Below are positions 1 to 11,446 of a stretch of DNA of 64,000 nt, piece after piece; position 1 is the first letter of the stretch; the number at the start of each line of letters is the position of its first letter. The notes under the pieces were generated by a model. That model did no database searches. It was given only the letters and a program-made list of their open reading frames with translations, and was not told where the DNA came from. The DNA is from Gemmatimonadota bacterium. GTDB lineage: Bacteria; Gemmatimonadota; Gemmatimonadetes; Palauibacterales; Palauibacteraceae. The DNA lies in the NCBI GenBank assembly GCA_039588275.1, contig JBDHAC010000002.1, positions 54,412 through 118,411 of the forward strand, in the 5' to 3' direction. The position numbers were made by a program, and so were the translations under genes.

Positions 1-2
1 TG

Positions 3-260
3 CTGGTCCAGTTCTCCGGCGCTCCCGCACGGATCGAGGGGCACACCGATTCGCGCGGGAACGCGGACGCCAACCGCGCGCTCAGCCAGCGGCGGGCGGT
101 GGCAATCCGGGAATACCTTCTCGAGAGTCTGCCGATCAGCGCGGACCGGCTGGAGGCCACCGGCTACGGCGAGGACCGCCCGATCGCGAGCAACGAGACC
201 GAGGAGGGTCGCACGCAAAACCGTCGCATCGAGATCGTGCTCGCGCTCGGCGTTCGCTGA
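3..260 (+). CDS. OmpA-like peptidoglycan-binding domain protein, 5'-truncated by window edge
   Basis: Manual translation gives IEGHTDSRGNADANRALSQRRA...GYGEDRPIASNETEEGRTQNRRIEI, then TGA at 258-260. Confidence 0.9.
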   Translation: MVQFSGAPARIEGHTDSRGNADANRALSQRRAVAIREYLLESLPISADRLEATGYGEDRPIASNETEEGRTQNRRIEIVLALGVR

Positions 261-272
261 TCCAACAGCCCG

Positions 273-1154
273 CTAACCCTCAATGCGCCGGCTGCCCGTT
301 CGCCTGGCGTCGGGCGTCGCGCGCGTGACAGCCCCGTAACGCTCCGGCTGCCGATCCTCGATGAGGTCGAGCTCCCACTCGCCCGGGCGCACGACTTCCC
401 GCGTGGCATCCGCCAGCGACAGATCGAGCTCGAGATGGTGTCGCCCGGGCTCGGCCTCCGCCTCGAGAAGCAGGCGCCCGTCCGGATCCGCCGCCAGGCT
501 TCCGCCCTCGAAGCGGACCCCGCGCTCGCTCCCCACCCGATTCACCGCGAAGTAGAACGCGTGGTTCTCGTAGGCCCGCACCTGCACCATCTCTCGCCTC
601 ATCCTGAGACGTGGCCAGTTCGTCGGGAGGAGTAGCAGCTGTGCGCCCTCGAGTCTCAGCGCACGGGCGCTCTCGGGGAAGCTGCCGTCATAGCAGATGT
701 GCATCCCGATCCGACCGAACGGAAGCTCGTGCGCGCGAAACCCCTCCGCCCCGGGCCGCGTGAAGCGGTCGACCCCGAGGCACAGCGTGTGGACCTTCCG
801 ATATCGCCCGATGAGTCCCTCCGGGCCTACGAGCAGGGCCGCATTGAAGAGGGCATTTCCGTCGCGCTCGATCGCGCCGCACACGACCCACGCACCGGAG
901 TCCGCCGCGGCGCCGGCGATGGCACGAACCTCGGGCCCCTCGGTGGTTACGGCGGCGCTGAGCCCCTCGTCGAGACTCTCGAACACGTAACCGGTCAACG
1001 CCGCCTCGGGGAATACGACGAGCTCCGCCCCTTCGGCGGCGGCCGCGGTGACCTCGCGCACGATACGCTCGGTGTTGCGGGAGGGAGAGCCGAACTCGGG
1101 GGCGAACTGGACGCCGCACACCCGTGCGAGGCGCGGCTCACCGGACGAAGGCAT
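273..1154 (-). CDS. Carbon-nitrogen hydrolase (nitrilase superfamily)
   Basis: VVFPE, YRKVH and ICYD motifs (Glu-Lys-Cys triad). Confidence 0.9.
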   Translation of the reverse strand: MPSSGEPRLARVCGVQFAPEFGSPSRNTERIVREVTAAAAEGAELVVFPEAALTGYVFESLDEGLSAAVTTEGPEVRAIAGAAADSGAWVVCGAIERDGNALFNAALLVGPEGLIGRYRKVHTLCLGVDRFTRPGAEGFRAHELPFGRIGMHICYDGSFPESARALRLEGAQLLLLPTNWPRLRMRREMVQVRAYENHAFYFAVNRVGSERGVRFEGGSLAADPDGRLLLEAEAEPGRHHLELDLSLADATREVVRPGEWELDLIEDRQPERYGAVTRATPDARRTGSRRIEG

Positions 1155-1192
1155 GGGCGTGCTCTACCGCCGGCAGGTCGTCGGGGAGCTCT

Positions 1193-1420
1193 TCAGCGAT
1201 CCGCCCAGGGCCGCTCTGTCCGGAGGGCGGCGGCGATACCGGCGACCACGGTCCCGACCGCGAGACCGACGCCGATCCAGCGGCCGACTTCCGCCGCTGG
1301 CCCTTTCGTGCCCTCGCGCCACGGACGGATCAGCTCGCGCTGCCATTGGCGAATCTCCTGCTCCGCCCGCACGCCGGCGACATGGAGGAGCGCTCCGCCT
1401 GCTCGACGAATGGCGCTCAT
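1193..1420 (-). CDS. Small hypothetical protein with C-terminal transmembrane helix
   Basis: 75 aa, ATG 4 nt after the SDR stop, hydrophobic WIGVGLAVGTVVAGIAAAL segment. Confidence 0.5.
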   Translation of the reverse strand: MSAIRRAGGALLHVAGVRAEQEIRQWQRELIRPWREGTKGPAAEVGRWIGVGLAVGTVVAGIAAALRTERPWADR

Positions 1421-1424
1421 CCCG

Positions 1425-2225
1425 TCAGCTCCCGGAAGGGTTGGAGCCTACGAAGTCTTCGCCTCCGTCGACCCGGATGGTGTTGCCGGTCATCCAGGCT
1501 GTCTCGGGAGCCGCCAGCGCTACCATGCAGCTCGCGACATCTTGGGGCGTGGTGAGCCGGCCGTGCGGGTTCTGGCTTGCCGCCTCCTCGATCATCTGCT
1601 CGGCCCCGGGGATCTTCCGCAACGCAGGCGTATCCGTCACACCGGCCCTGATCGCGTTGACCGTGATGCCGCGTGGGGCGAGCTCGAGCGCGAGCTGGCG
1701 GCAATGCGATTCCAGGGACGCCTTCGCGGCCGAGACCGCACCGTACGTGGGGATCACGCGATCTCCGCCCGACGAGGTCATGGCGTAGATCCGACCCCCC
1801 TCACCCATGAGACCGCGGTCGACGAGACCCTGGGTCCAATAGACCAGCGTATGCGCCATGACATCGAGGGTCATGTTCATCTGGTCGGGCGTGATCGAGC
1901 TGTTCTCGCCCAGGAACGGCCGCAACGTCCCGAACGCGAGCGAGTGGATCAGCACGCGGACGGAGCCGGGTGACGCGTTGGCGGCGACGTCCTCCAATAC
2001 TGCATCGCGTTTCTCCGGGGCCGCCGCGTTCACGTTGTAGAAGATCGCCCGACTGCCGGCCTCCTCGAGCGCCACCTTGATCTGCTCGACGCGCTCGAGA
2101 CCCGCGCGGCGGTCCAGGTGGACTCCGTAGATGTCGTATCCCGCCTGGGCAAACGCGCGCGCCGCGGCCTCACCGAAGCCGCTCGAGGCCCCCAGAATGA
2201 GGGCGGCGTGGCTGTTCTCGCTCAC
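1425..2225 (-). CDS. SDR family enoyl-ACP reductase (FabL-like)
   Basis: ILGASSGFG, HSLAFG, YGAVSAAK, VNAIRAGVTDTPAL motifs; GTG start at 2225 chosen over the longer track ORF. Confidence 0.8.
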   Translation of the reverse strand: MSENSHAALILGASSGFGEAAARAFAQAGYDIYGVHLDRRAGLERVEQIKVALEEAGSRAIFYNVNAAAPEKRDAVLEDVAANASPGSVRVLIHSLAFGTLRPFLGENSSITPDQMNMTLDVMAHTLVYWTQGLVDRGLMGEGGRIYAMTSSGGDRVIPTYGAVSAAKASLESHCRQLALELAPRGITVNAIRAGVTDTPALRKIPGAEQMIEEAASQNPHGRLTTPQDVASCMVALAAPETAWMTGNTIRVDGGEDFVGSNPSGS

Positions 2226-2468
2226 CAATTCGAGCCTTGCGTTTGGGTGTTCGAGCTCCTCGCCGCACCGTGTAGGCGCCGTGAGGGGCTTCGTGGTGTA
2301 CGCCGCGATCATGGGGGGGGCGCACGTCTGGCGCCAGCCCTCCCGGAAGACCAACGGACTCAGGGGAGCCAGACCCGCGGACTCCGGCCAGCGGGGGCGT
2401 GAGATTTGCTCCACTGACAACCAGTTCGGGCTGCGAGGCCCGCGGTCGGTGGAGGTGGAGAAAGGCAC

Positions 2469-4412
2469 GTGCGAAGCGGAATCGACGCGGGGGCGGGGCG
2501 CGGAGGTGGAGTAACCGGGTGGTCGGGGAGATTCCGGCGCGTCCTTCTATTGGCCGGGTTTTTTGCGCTGCTGACGGGCACCTGCGAGCTACTGTTCGTC
2601 ACCCTGCACCGCTACGTCCTCGGCCACATCACGTACGTCAGCCCCCACATCGTGTGGATGGCCCCCGCCGCGAATCTGGTCGTGTTCGCCCTGGCAGGTC
2701 TGCTTTTGCTGGGCTTCAGCGAGCGCTGGCCAGGGGTCGCCGGGGTGAGGGTCAGCGCGACTGTCTTCGGCATGCTGAGCGCGTTCTCCATCGCTTTGGC
2801 CCTGCCCTTCAAGCTGCACATTGCGGCGGCGCTCGTGCTGGCCGGCGGCGTCGGCGTGCAGGCGGGGCGCTGGTTGGGTGGCTCCGGTGCCATACCGCAC
2901 TGGATCAGGCGGGCGACGGCCATCCTCGCTCTCGGCCTCGCGGTGACGACGGCCGGCGTGGTGGGACGGCGGCCGTTCGTGGAGCGCGCCGCGCTCTCCG
3001 ATCTGCCGGCAGCCCCGGAGGGAGCACCGAACGTCCTGCTCCTCATCCTCGACACGGTGCGTGCGAAGAGCCTGGGTCTGTACGGGTACGAGCGAGCCAC
3101 GACCCCGCATCTCTCGGCATTCGCTCGGAACGGCCTCGTGTTCGAGCGCGCTGTCGCTACGGCTCCGTGGACACTTCCGTCTCACGCTTCCGTCTTCACC
3201 GGCCGCTTCCCGCACCAGCTCTCCGCCGACTGGGAAGAGCCCCTGGACGATGCTCATGCTACGCTGGCCGAAGTGCTCGGATCGAGCGGGTATCAGACGG
3301 CGGGGTTCGTCGCGAACCTCCTGTACGGCTCGTACGTGCACGGTCTGTCGCGCGGATTCGTCCACTACGAGGACTACCCCGTCTCCGTGGGTCAGACCGT
3401 GCTCAGCTCATCGCTCGGTCGCGCGCTCGCCGGCACCACGACATTTCACCGATTGTTGGGGTACGAGGATCTGCTCAATCGGAAGCCGGCGGGGGTGATC
3501 GTCGACGCATTCCTGGATTGGATCGACGGCCGGGAGGAGCGTCCCTACTTCGCCTTCCTCAACCTGTTCGACGCGCACGAGCCGTACTTGCCCCCGCCGC
3601 CGTTCGATACGCTGTTCGGACCGACCGGGCCCCGACCTCTGTCGCGCGAAGTCAGCCTGAAGAGGGACACTCGCGCGCGTCGTCCGGCGAAGTGGATCAT
3701 GACCCCCGAGGAGTTCCAGATCGAGCTCAACGCGTACGACGGCGCGATCGCATATCTGGACTCGGAGCTGGGACGGTTGTTCGAAACGCTGGAGGCGAGA
3801 GGCGAGCTCGACAACACGCTCGTGGTCGTTACGTCCGACCATGGCGAGCAGCACGGCGAACACCGCCTTTTCGGACACCTGAACAGCCTGTACGCTCCGC
3901 TTCTTCACGTACCGCTGCTGATCGCGGGTCCGGGGGTCCCGGTGGGGCGACTCGAGGGCACCGTGAGTCTCCGCGACCTGCCGGCAACCATCCTGGACCT
4001 CGTGAGCGCCCCCGACGAGCGTCGACTCCCCGGACACTCGCTCGCACCTTTGTGGGCCACCGACTCCGCTCCGCTGGAGTCCGATCCGCCGATCGCGGGG
4101 CTGACGGGCGCCACGCCCCCGGGACCCATCCTGTCCACCCTCTACCGTGGAGTCGTGCTCCGCCCGTGGTATCCCGTGCTGCGGGGTGACGAAATGCACT
4201 CGTTGTGGGATGGGGACTACCACTACATCTGCAACGGCGACGGCTTCGAAGAGGTGTACGACACCTCGTTGGATCAGGAGGAGGAGGACAATCTCGCGGA
4301 CGGTCAGAACGGTCCCTCGTTGGCACCTCGGCGCGACGAGCTCACGGCCGCGCTCGGTCGACCACACGCCTGCTCACCCCCGCGCACGAGTTCAGCTTTT
4401 TCAAAAAAGTGA
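2469..4412 (+). CDS. Membrane-anchored sulfatase/alkaline-phosphatase superfamily hydrolase or transferase
   Basis: N-terminal TM helices, then PNVLLLILDTVRA, APWTLPSHASVFTG, DAHEPY, TSDHGE; start uncertain. Confidence 0.85.
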   Translation: MRSGIDAGAGRGGGVTGWSGRFRRVLLLAGFFALLTGTCELLFVTLHRYVLGHITYVSPHIVWMAPAANLVVFALAGLLLLGFSERWPGVAGVRVSATVFGMLSAFSIALALPFKLHIAAALVLAGGVGVQAGRWLGGSGAIPHWIRRATAILALGLAVTTAGVVGRRPFVERAALSDLPAAPEGAPNVLLLILDTVRAKSLGLYGYERATTPHLSAFARNGLVFERAVATAPWTLPSHASVFTGRFPHQLSADWEEPLDDAHATLAEVLGSSGYQTAGFVANLLYGSYVHGLSRGFVHYEDYPVSVGQTVLSSSLGRALAGTTTFHRLLGYEDLLNRKPAGVIVDAFLDWIDGREERPYFAFLNLFDAHEPYLPPPPFDTLFGPTGPRPLSREVSLKRDTRARRPAKWIMTPEEFQIELNAYDGAIAYLDSELGRLFETLEARGELDNTLVVVTSDHGEQHGEHRLFGHLNSLYAPLLHVPLLIAGPGVPVGRLEGTVSLRDLPATILDLVSAPDERRLPGHSLAPLWATDSAPLESDPPIAGLTGATPPGPILSTLYRGVVLRPWYPVLRGDEMHSLWDGDYHYICNGDGFEEVYDTSLDQEEEDNLADGQNGPSLAPRRDELTAALGRPHACSPPRTSSAFSKK

Positions 4413-4518
4413 CGTACCGTCGACGAACATAGCGGGGGGCGGATCATCGCTCGAATCCTGCGCCCGTGTTCGCGAATCGCTCGTGCTCCCCATGGGCTCT
4501 TCGAGGGGGCCACGAGCG

Positions 4519-4601
4519 TAATCCACACCAGAGCCGAGTTATCTACAAACCTTGAACAATTGCGTAACTGACGACCATGTGGACACTTACATTGTGGATA
4601 G
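4519..4601. promoter_or_regulatory. Cluster of four DnaA-box-like 9-mers
   Basis: TAATCCACA 4519-4527 and TTATCTACA 4539-4547 on +; GTGTCCACA 4578-4586 and CTATCCACA 4593-4601 on -; locally AT-richer. Confidence 0.5.
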
Positions 4602-4766
4602 GGCCCGGCCGCCCTGGGGGCGAACGGACGTCTACGGTTGCACGGTCGAATCGTCTCTTCGTATACTTCCGGCGACAACTGGAAGCGGGAATGCGGGCCA
4701 CGCTACCCACCCGTCCGTCGTCATGACCATCGACAATTGAACCTTTTTTTGGAGCGCCAGTCGCTG

Positions 4767-4949
4767 ATGATGTCGCTGTCGGATACCCGCCCGGTGGAGT
4801 TGGTCGTGGATCTGCCCGAAGAGCTCGCGGACGACGTCGAGGAAGTCCGCAAGAACGATCCGGAGTTCCTCGGACGCGCCATCCAGTATGCGTTGGCGCG
4901 CCGCATCGTGTTCCAGGAACTGAGCGCCCAACCACTCGAACCCCGCTGA
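4767..4949 (+). CDS. Small hypothetical protein, possibly ribbon-helix-helix-like
   Basis: GGAG at 4751; MMSLSDTRPVELVVDLPEELADDVEEVRKNDPEFLGRAIQYALARR shows a strand-helix-helix pattern. Confidence 0.6.
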   Translation: MMSLSDTRPVELVVDLPEELADDVEEVRKNDPEFLGRAIQYALARRIVFQELSAQPLEPR

Positions 4950-5033
4950 TTCTCACAGCTGGACTCCCTCTCCCCGCCCGACCCGGGTGGGACCGTATGA
5001 CCGTCGCTCGACCGTAACAACGCCGTCACCCGG

Positions 5034-5062
5034 TTGACGCTCCCCACCGGGATCACTAAATC
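5034..5062 (+). promoter_or_regulatory. Sigma70-like promoter candidate
   Basis: TTGACG-17 nt-TAAATC upstream of the 5130 ORF. Confidence 0.4.
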
Positions 5063-5129
5063 GCTCGCTGGGGCGGTTTGGCTCTTCGCCAACCCGCAAG
5101 CTGCGTATCTCGTAATCCAGTGACGCATT

Positions 5130-5507
5130 TTGTCCACCGACAACGGTCGCCCACTCGCCCCCGAACTCGCAGTGGAGGACCTGGACGCCGATCCGGTTCT
5201 CAAGGCGAAGTACATCGAGTTCTGTTCGGCGCAGCTTACGGAAGTCTTCCTCTCGCTCTCCGACGAGCGGATCTACGACCTCGTCGAAGAGGCTGCCAAG
5301 GACGAGGCTCTGGAGCCCGGGTCGCTCGGGTTCCGAGCCATGGTCCAGCTGGTGACGAGGCGGTTGCGGAACAGCGTGCCGTTGCCGGATTTCGGGACCT
5401 GGAGACAAGACTACGAGGCGGACCCCGAGCGCTACGATCGCTACTTGCTCGGGCTGTGGCGCGAGCTGGCGGCCCGCGAGCAGGTGCCGGCGGCCGAGGA
5501 CGAGTGA
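5130..5507 (+). CDS. Hypothetical protein
   Basis: 125 aa acidic, helical, natural-looking composition; TTG start; stop overlaps next ATG (TGATG). Confidence 0.7.
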   Translation: MSTDNGRPLAPELAVEDLDADPVLKAKYIEFCSAQLTEVFLSLSDERIYDLVEEAAKDEALEPGSLGFRAMVQLVTRRLRNSVPLPDFGTWRQDYEADPERYDRYLLGLWRELAAREQVPAAEDE

Positions 5508-5839
5508 TGACAGGTGAGGATGGGGGTGGTCCGATGAGCGGGTCCGGCAACGGCGCCGGGGAGGACGCATCGCGCCGACAGCTCCACATATGGGATGAAG
5601 AGGAGCGCGACACCTCCATCGGTACGCTCGAGGACGATGGCGATTACTGGCAGATGCACGTCATCGTCGAGCCCGTCTCCGGCGACCTCGTACGCGGCCG
5701 GCTTTCGTTCCGGAGCGGCTCGGAACGATACGACACGGCGCCCGTCCTTCTCGAGGAGACCGCGGCCCGCGTCGTTCAAAGGGCCGCCGAGCTGCCGCAG
5801 GCGATGCTCCGCCAGCTCTTCCTCTCGGCGCGAGGATAA
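5507..5839 (+). CDS. Hypothetical protein
   Basis: ATG overlapping upstream TGA; globular-looking C-terminal part (WQMHVIVEP...RGRLSFRSG). Confidence 0.65.
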   Translation: MTGEDGGGPMSGSGNGAGEDASRRQLHIWDEEERDTSIGTLEDDGDYWQMHVIVEPVSGDLVRGRLSFRSGSERYDTAPVLLEETAARVVQRAAELPQAMLRQLFLSARG

Positions 5840-5858
5840 TCCCGCTCGAGGCACCACC

Positions 5859-6683
5859 TCAGCCCGATTCAGTGAAGCGCCCTGCGCGCTCCGGAGGCGC
5901 GCGCAGGACTTCTGCCGCAAGCGTGCGCAGCATGACCCACCCTGCCGTTAACGACCCGCGCACGGACCCCGAGACCTTGGAACGGCCGAGCGATCTGCGC
6001 TCGAACGTCACCGGAATCCCGACGGTGCGCAGGTGAGCCCGGACCGCCCGGACCTGCATCTGCACGTACCAGCCGAAGTCCGGGTCGTCCAGACGGAGCC
6101 TCTCGAGATCGACCCATCGGATCGCGCGGAACGGCCCCATGTCGCGTGGCGCCGCACCGTACAACCCGCGCATGAAGGTGAGAATCAGCCGGTTGCCCAG
6201 CCGCGCGTGCCAGCGCACTCCACCGCCCGCGGACGACTGCCGTTCGCCGACGACCAGGTCGGCTTCTCCGGCGCGCAGCGGAGCGAGGAGACGCTCCACC
6301 TGAGCCGGAGCTTGAAAGTCGTCCGCGTCGAGAAACACCAGGACGTCGGGCGGCTCGGATCGCAGGGCGTGGATCCCGCTCTGGCAGGCGCGTCCGTACC
6401 CGGGACGTGGCTCGGAGACGACGCTGGCCCCCGCGCGTTGGGCGATCGCTGGCGTGTCGTCGGTGGACCCGTTGTCGACCACCACGACCCGAGCCAGGTC
6501 GCTCCCCGAAGTCACGCGCACCCGCTCGAGCAGAGCGGGGAGCGTCTCGGCCTCATCCAGCGCGGGGATCAGGAACGCGTACCGCAAGCGAGCTCCGGAG
6601 TCGGGGGCGCGACGCGGGCCGGAGGCCAGATCGGGAGCCGGTCTTGATGCGGTCTCCGGGACGACAGCCCCCCGGCGAGGCAC
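5859..6683 (-). CDS. Glycosyltransferase family 2 (DPM1-like)
   Basis: LIPALDEA, VVVDNGSTD, GYGRAC, FLDAD, DMGPFRAI motifs; start uncertain. Confidence 0.9.
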   Translation of the reverse strand: MPRRGAVVPETASRPAPDLASGPRRAPDSGARLRYAFLIPALDEAETLPALLERVRVTSGSDLARVVVVDNGSTDDTPAIAQRAGASVVSEPRPGYGRACQSGIHALRSEPPDVLVFLDADDFQAPAQVERLLAPLRAGEADLVVGERQSSAGGGVRWHARLGNRLILTFMRGLYGAAPRDMGPFRAIRWVDLERLRLDDPDFGWYVQMQVRAVRAHLRTVGIPVTFERRSLGRSKVSGSVRGSLTAGWVMLRTLAAEVLRAPPERAGRFTESG

Positions 6684-8089
6684 TCGCCCGGCGCACCCCG
6701 ATTCTCCTGTTCACCGCTCAGGCGGCCGCCCTGCTGGCGATGGGGTGGTGGCCGGGAGGCCGCGCCACTCCCTGGCCGGCACTCTGGCTGTGGGGGATCG
6801 CCTTCGCCGCGTACCTGGGCTCGTGGCGGTCCGCCGATGCGGTGCCTCGCCGCGCGATCTGGGCGGGTGGCGTCCTTCTCCGCACCGGGCTGCTTCCCCT
6901 CACGCCGTTTCTCTCGGACGACATCTACCGCTACGTGTGGGATGGTTGGATAGCGCGAAACGGGATCAACCCTTTCCTGTATGCGCCGGCCGATCCGCAG
7001 CTCGAAACGATCCGCACGGCCTGGTGGCCACTGATCAACCACCCCGAGATCCCCACGATCTATCCCCCGGGCGCCCAGATCGTGTTCGCCGTCCTCGCGC
7101 TGGTCGCGGCGGGCTGGCCGCTGTTCAAGCTCGCCTGGCTCGCGGCCGATCTGGGCGTGGCGTGGGTGATCGACCGCATGGTCCGGCGGCGATTCGGGTC
7201 GGCGCGGAACGGCCCGCTGCTCCTTTACCTCTGGTCGCCGCTCCTCATCGTCGAGGTGGGGTGGAGCGGACACATGGAGTCGCTGGGGATTCTTCCCATG
7301 ATGGCAGCGGTCGCGCTCCTGTGGGGTGGGCCCCGAGGGGCGGGCGCCGACCCACGCGGCGCGGGCGCAGACGGGCCCGTCGAGCCTGGCAAAGCACGTC
7401 TGGCCCTGGCGGGCGGAGCGCTCCTGGGTCTCGGGGCCGCGGTGAAGTTCGCGCCCCTCGCGGCATGCCCCGCTCTGTGGCGGAGGCACGGATCCCGGTC
7501 CGCCGCGCTCGCGTTTCTCGTGCCCGCGCTCCTCTACCTGCCCTACGCGGCGGCCGGGCCGCGGCTCTTCGAAGCGCTCGGCACGTACGCGGAGCGCTGG
7601 GAGTTCAACCCCGGGTTGTTTCAAGTGCTCGTTCGCTCGGTCGGCGCCGGAACGACGCCGCGTTGGCTCGTCGCGGGAGCTGTCGTTGGGCTCGCCCTGT
7701 GGGCGGCGTGGAAGCGCTGGCCGGTCGATCGAACGCTGTTCTGGACGATCGGCGCGGCCCTCCTGCTCTCACCCACGCTGCACCCGTGGTACGTCCTGTG
7801 GATCCTGCCGTTCGCGTGTCTGTTCGAGAGCGGTCCCTGGGTCCTGCTCACCGGCACGGTGTTCCTGGGGTATGCCGGGCGCGATGCGTTCCACGCCACC
7901 GGCGTGTGGCCGCAGCCGACGTGGCTCGCGCTCCTCGTGCACACGCCGGTGGTTGTCTGGCTAGTGGCCCAGGCCGCGTCTGGCCACCTCGCGCGTGGCG
8001 GCCAGGTACCCGGCGGCGAACAGACCCGTGAACGGGACGGCGGAGAACAAGCCCGAAGCAGCCAGGCTCGCCATCGAACCGAGGAGTGA
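6647..8089 (+). CDS. GT-C fold membrane glycosyltransferase (GT87/DUF2029-like)
   Basis: LSDDIYRYVWDG, NHPEIPTIYPP, LSPTLHPWY motifs; many TM helices; start 6647 or 6740. Confidence 0.85.
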   Translation: MRSPGRQPPGEALARRTPILLFTAQAAALLAMGWWPGGRATPWPALWLWGIAFAAYLGSWRSADAVPRRAIWAGGVLLRTGLLPLTPFLSDDIYRYVWDGWIARNGINPFLYAPADPQLETIRTAWWPLINHPEIPTIYPPGAQIVFAVLALVAAGWPLFKLAWLAADLGVAWVIDRMVRRRFGSARNGPLLLYLWSPLLIVEVGWSGHMESLGILPMMAAVALLWGGPRGAGADPRGAGADGPVEPGKARLALAGGALLGLGAAVKFAPLAACPALWRRHGSRSAALAFLVPALLYLPYAAAGPRLFEALGTYAERWEFNPGLFQVLVRSVGAGTTPRWLVAGAVVGLALWAAWKRWPVDRTLFWTIGAALLLSPTLHPWYVLWILPFACLFESGPWVLLTGTVFLGYAGRDAFHATGVWPQPTWLALLVHTPVVVWLVAQAASGHLARGGQVPGGEQTRERDGGEQARSSQARHRTEE

Positions 8090-9412
8090 CACCCCCAGAG
8101 CCGCTCGCACCCCCGCGGCGATCCCGTTCACACGGGCCCGATAGGCTCGAAGTGAAGCGCCCCCGCGCTTCGGCGTCCGGCGAAACGGAGTGCCCACCCG
8201 CAGGGCACCGCGGAAGACGGCTCCCGTGAGCGGTATTCCGAGCCCGAGACCCAGCAGGAGCGCTTCGAGCAGGCGTCGCGGAATCGAGCGCGCCGCGTAA
8301 CGGCGAACGCCGGCCGCGGCGCCATAGAAGACCAGAAACGGCACCGTCGCGAACCCCAACGCCGCCCCGTGGACCCAGGCGGGGATTCCCTCGTGCGCCA
8401 ATCCGAGGTATCCGAGTGCGCACAAGCACAATCCCAGCATCAGGGTAAGCGGGTGCACCGCATGACCCAGCAGGTGCGCGGTCGCCTCTAGCTTCACCGC
8501 GGGTCGCAGCGGGCTGCTCCATACGGCCGAGAGCAGCTTGTACGCCGTCTGAATCCCGCCCTGGGTCCACCTCTCCTGCTGCAGCTCGATGTCCTCCAGC
8601 TCCCGGGGGAGCTCGGCCGGGACCCGCACATCGTCCCGGTATACGAGGCGCCAGCCGCCGAGCTGTGCGCGGTAGCTCAGGTCCACGTCCTCGGTCAGCG
8701 TATCACTCTTCCAGCCGCCGCTCGCTTCGATGCACGCCCTCCGCCACATGCCGGCGGACCCGTTGAAGTTGAAGAACAGCCCGGCCCGGTAGCGAGCTGC
8801 GTGCTCGATCGCGAAGTGCGCATCCAGGAACAGGGCCTGCGCCCGCGTCAACCAGCTCTCCTCGGCGTTCAGATGGCTCCACGCTGCCTGGACCGCCCCC
8901 ACATCCGGAGCGTCGAACGAGTCCAGCAGCGAGCGAATCAGGTTCGTAGGCGGGATGAAGTCCGCGTCCAGCACGAGCAGGAAATCACCGCGCGCGATCC
9001 GCGTTCCGTGCGCGAGGGCTCCCGCCTTGAACCCGGCTCGTGTCCCTCGCCGAACGTGTCGGGTGGCGATGCCCCGCCGGCGCCAGGCCGCGGTTGCTCG
9101 CTGGGCGATCCCGACGGTCGCGTCGTCGGAGTCGTCCAACACCTGGACCTCGAGCAACTCGGCCGGATAGTCCTGGCGGCACGCGGCGTCGATCAACCGC
9201 TGCGCCACGTTTGCTTCATTGTAGATGGGAAGCTGGATCGTGACCGGTGGGAGGGATCCGACCCAACCCCGCGGCCCTCGAGGCTCGGGAGTCGTGAAGC
9301 GAAGCCACAGAAGCCGCAGGCGGTGGAGCCCGAACGGGACCAAAAGGCAGAGGATGAGCAAGTACAGGGCGCCGGCCCCGAACTGTGCACTCGCTTCGGA
9401 ACCCGGCATCAC
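7961..9412 (-). CDS. Processive GT2, cellulose-synthase-like family
   Basis: QLPIYNE, GFKAGAL, DADF, TLTED, QQERW (D,D,D,QxxRW); C-terminal TM helices. Confidence 0.9.
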   Translation of the reverse strand: MMPGSEASAQFGAGALYLLILCLLVPFGLHRLRLLWLRFTTPEPRGPRGWVGSLPPVTIQLPIYNEANVAQRLIDAACRQDYPAELLEVQVLDDSDDATVGIAQRATAAWRRRGIATRHVRRGTRAGFKAGALAHGTRIARGDFLLVLDADFIPPTNLIRSLLDSFDAPDVGAVQAAWSHLNAEESWLTRAQALFLDAHFAIEHAARYRAGLFFNFNGSAGMWRRACIEASGGWKSDTLTEDVDLSYRAQLGGWRLVYRDDVRVPAELPRELEDIELQQERWTQGGIQTAYKLLSAVWSSPLRPAVKLEATAHLLGHAVHPLTLMLGLCLCALGYLGLAHEGIPAWVHGAALGFATVPFLVFYGAAAGVRRYAARSIPRRLLEALLLGLGLGIPLTGAVFRGALRVGTPFRRTPKRGGASLRAYRARVNGIAAGVRAALGVSLLGSMASLAASGLFSAVPFTGLFAAGYLAATREVARRGLGH

Positions 9413-9430
9413 GCTTGCTTCATCACGAGA

Positions 9431-11434
<2,004 letters not shown>

Positions 11435-11446
11435 CCTATCCGAATG

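Noticed and set aside
2399..4189. 596-aa alternate-frame ORF over the sulfatase-like gene (also 6454-8031, 57885-59456)
   Set aside because: Arg/Pro/Gly-rich off-frame translations typical of high GC3
7330..7375. PRGAGAD duplication in the GT87-like gene
   Set aside because: Short in-frame loop expansion with no evident functional meaning
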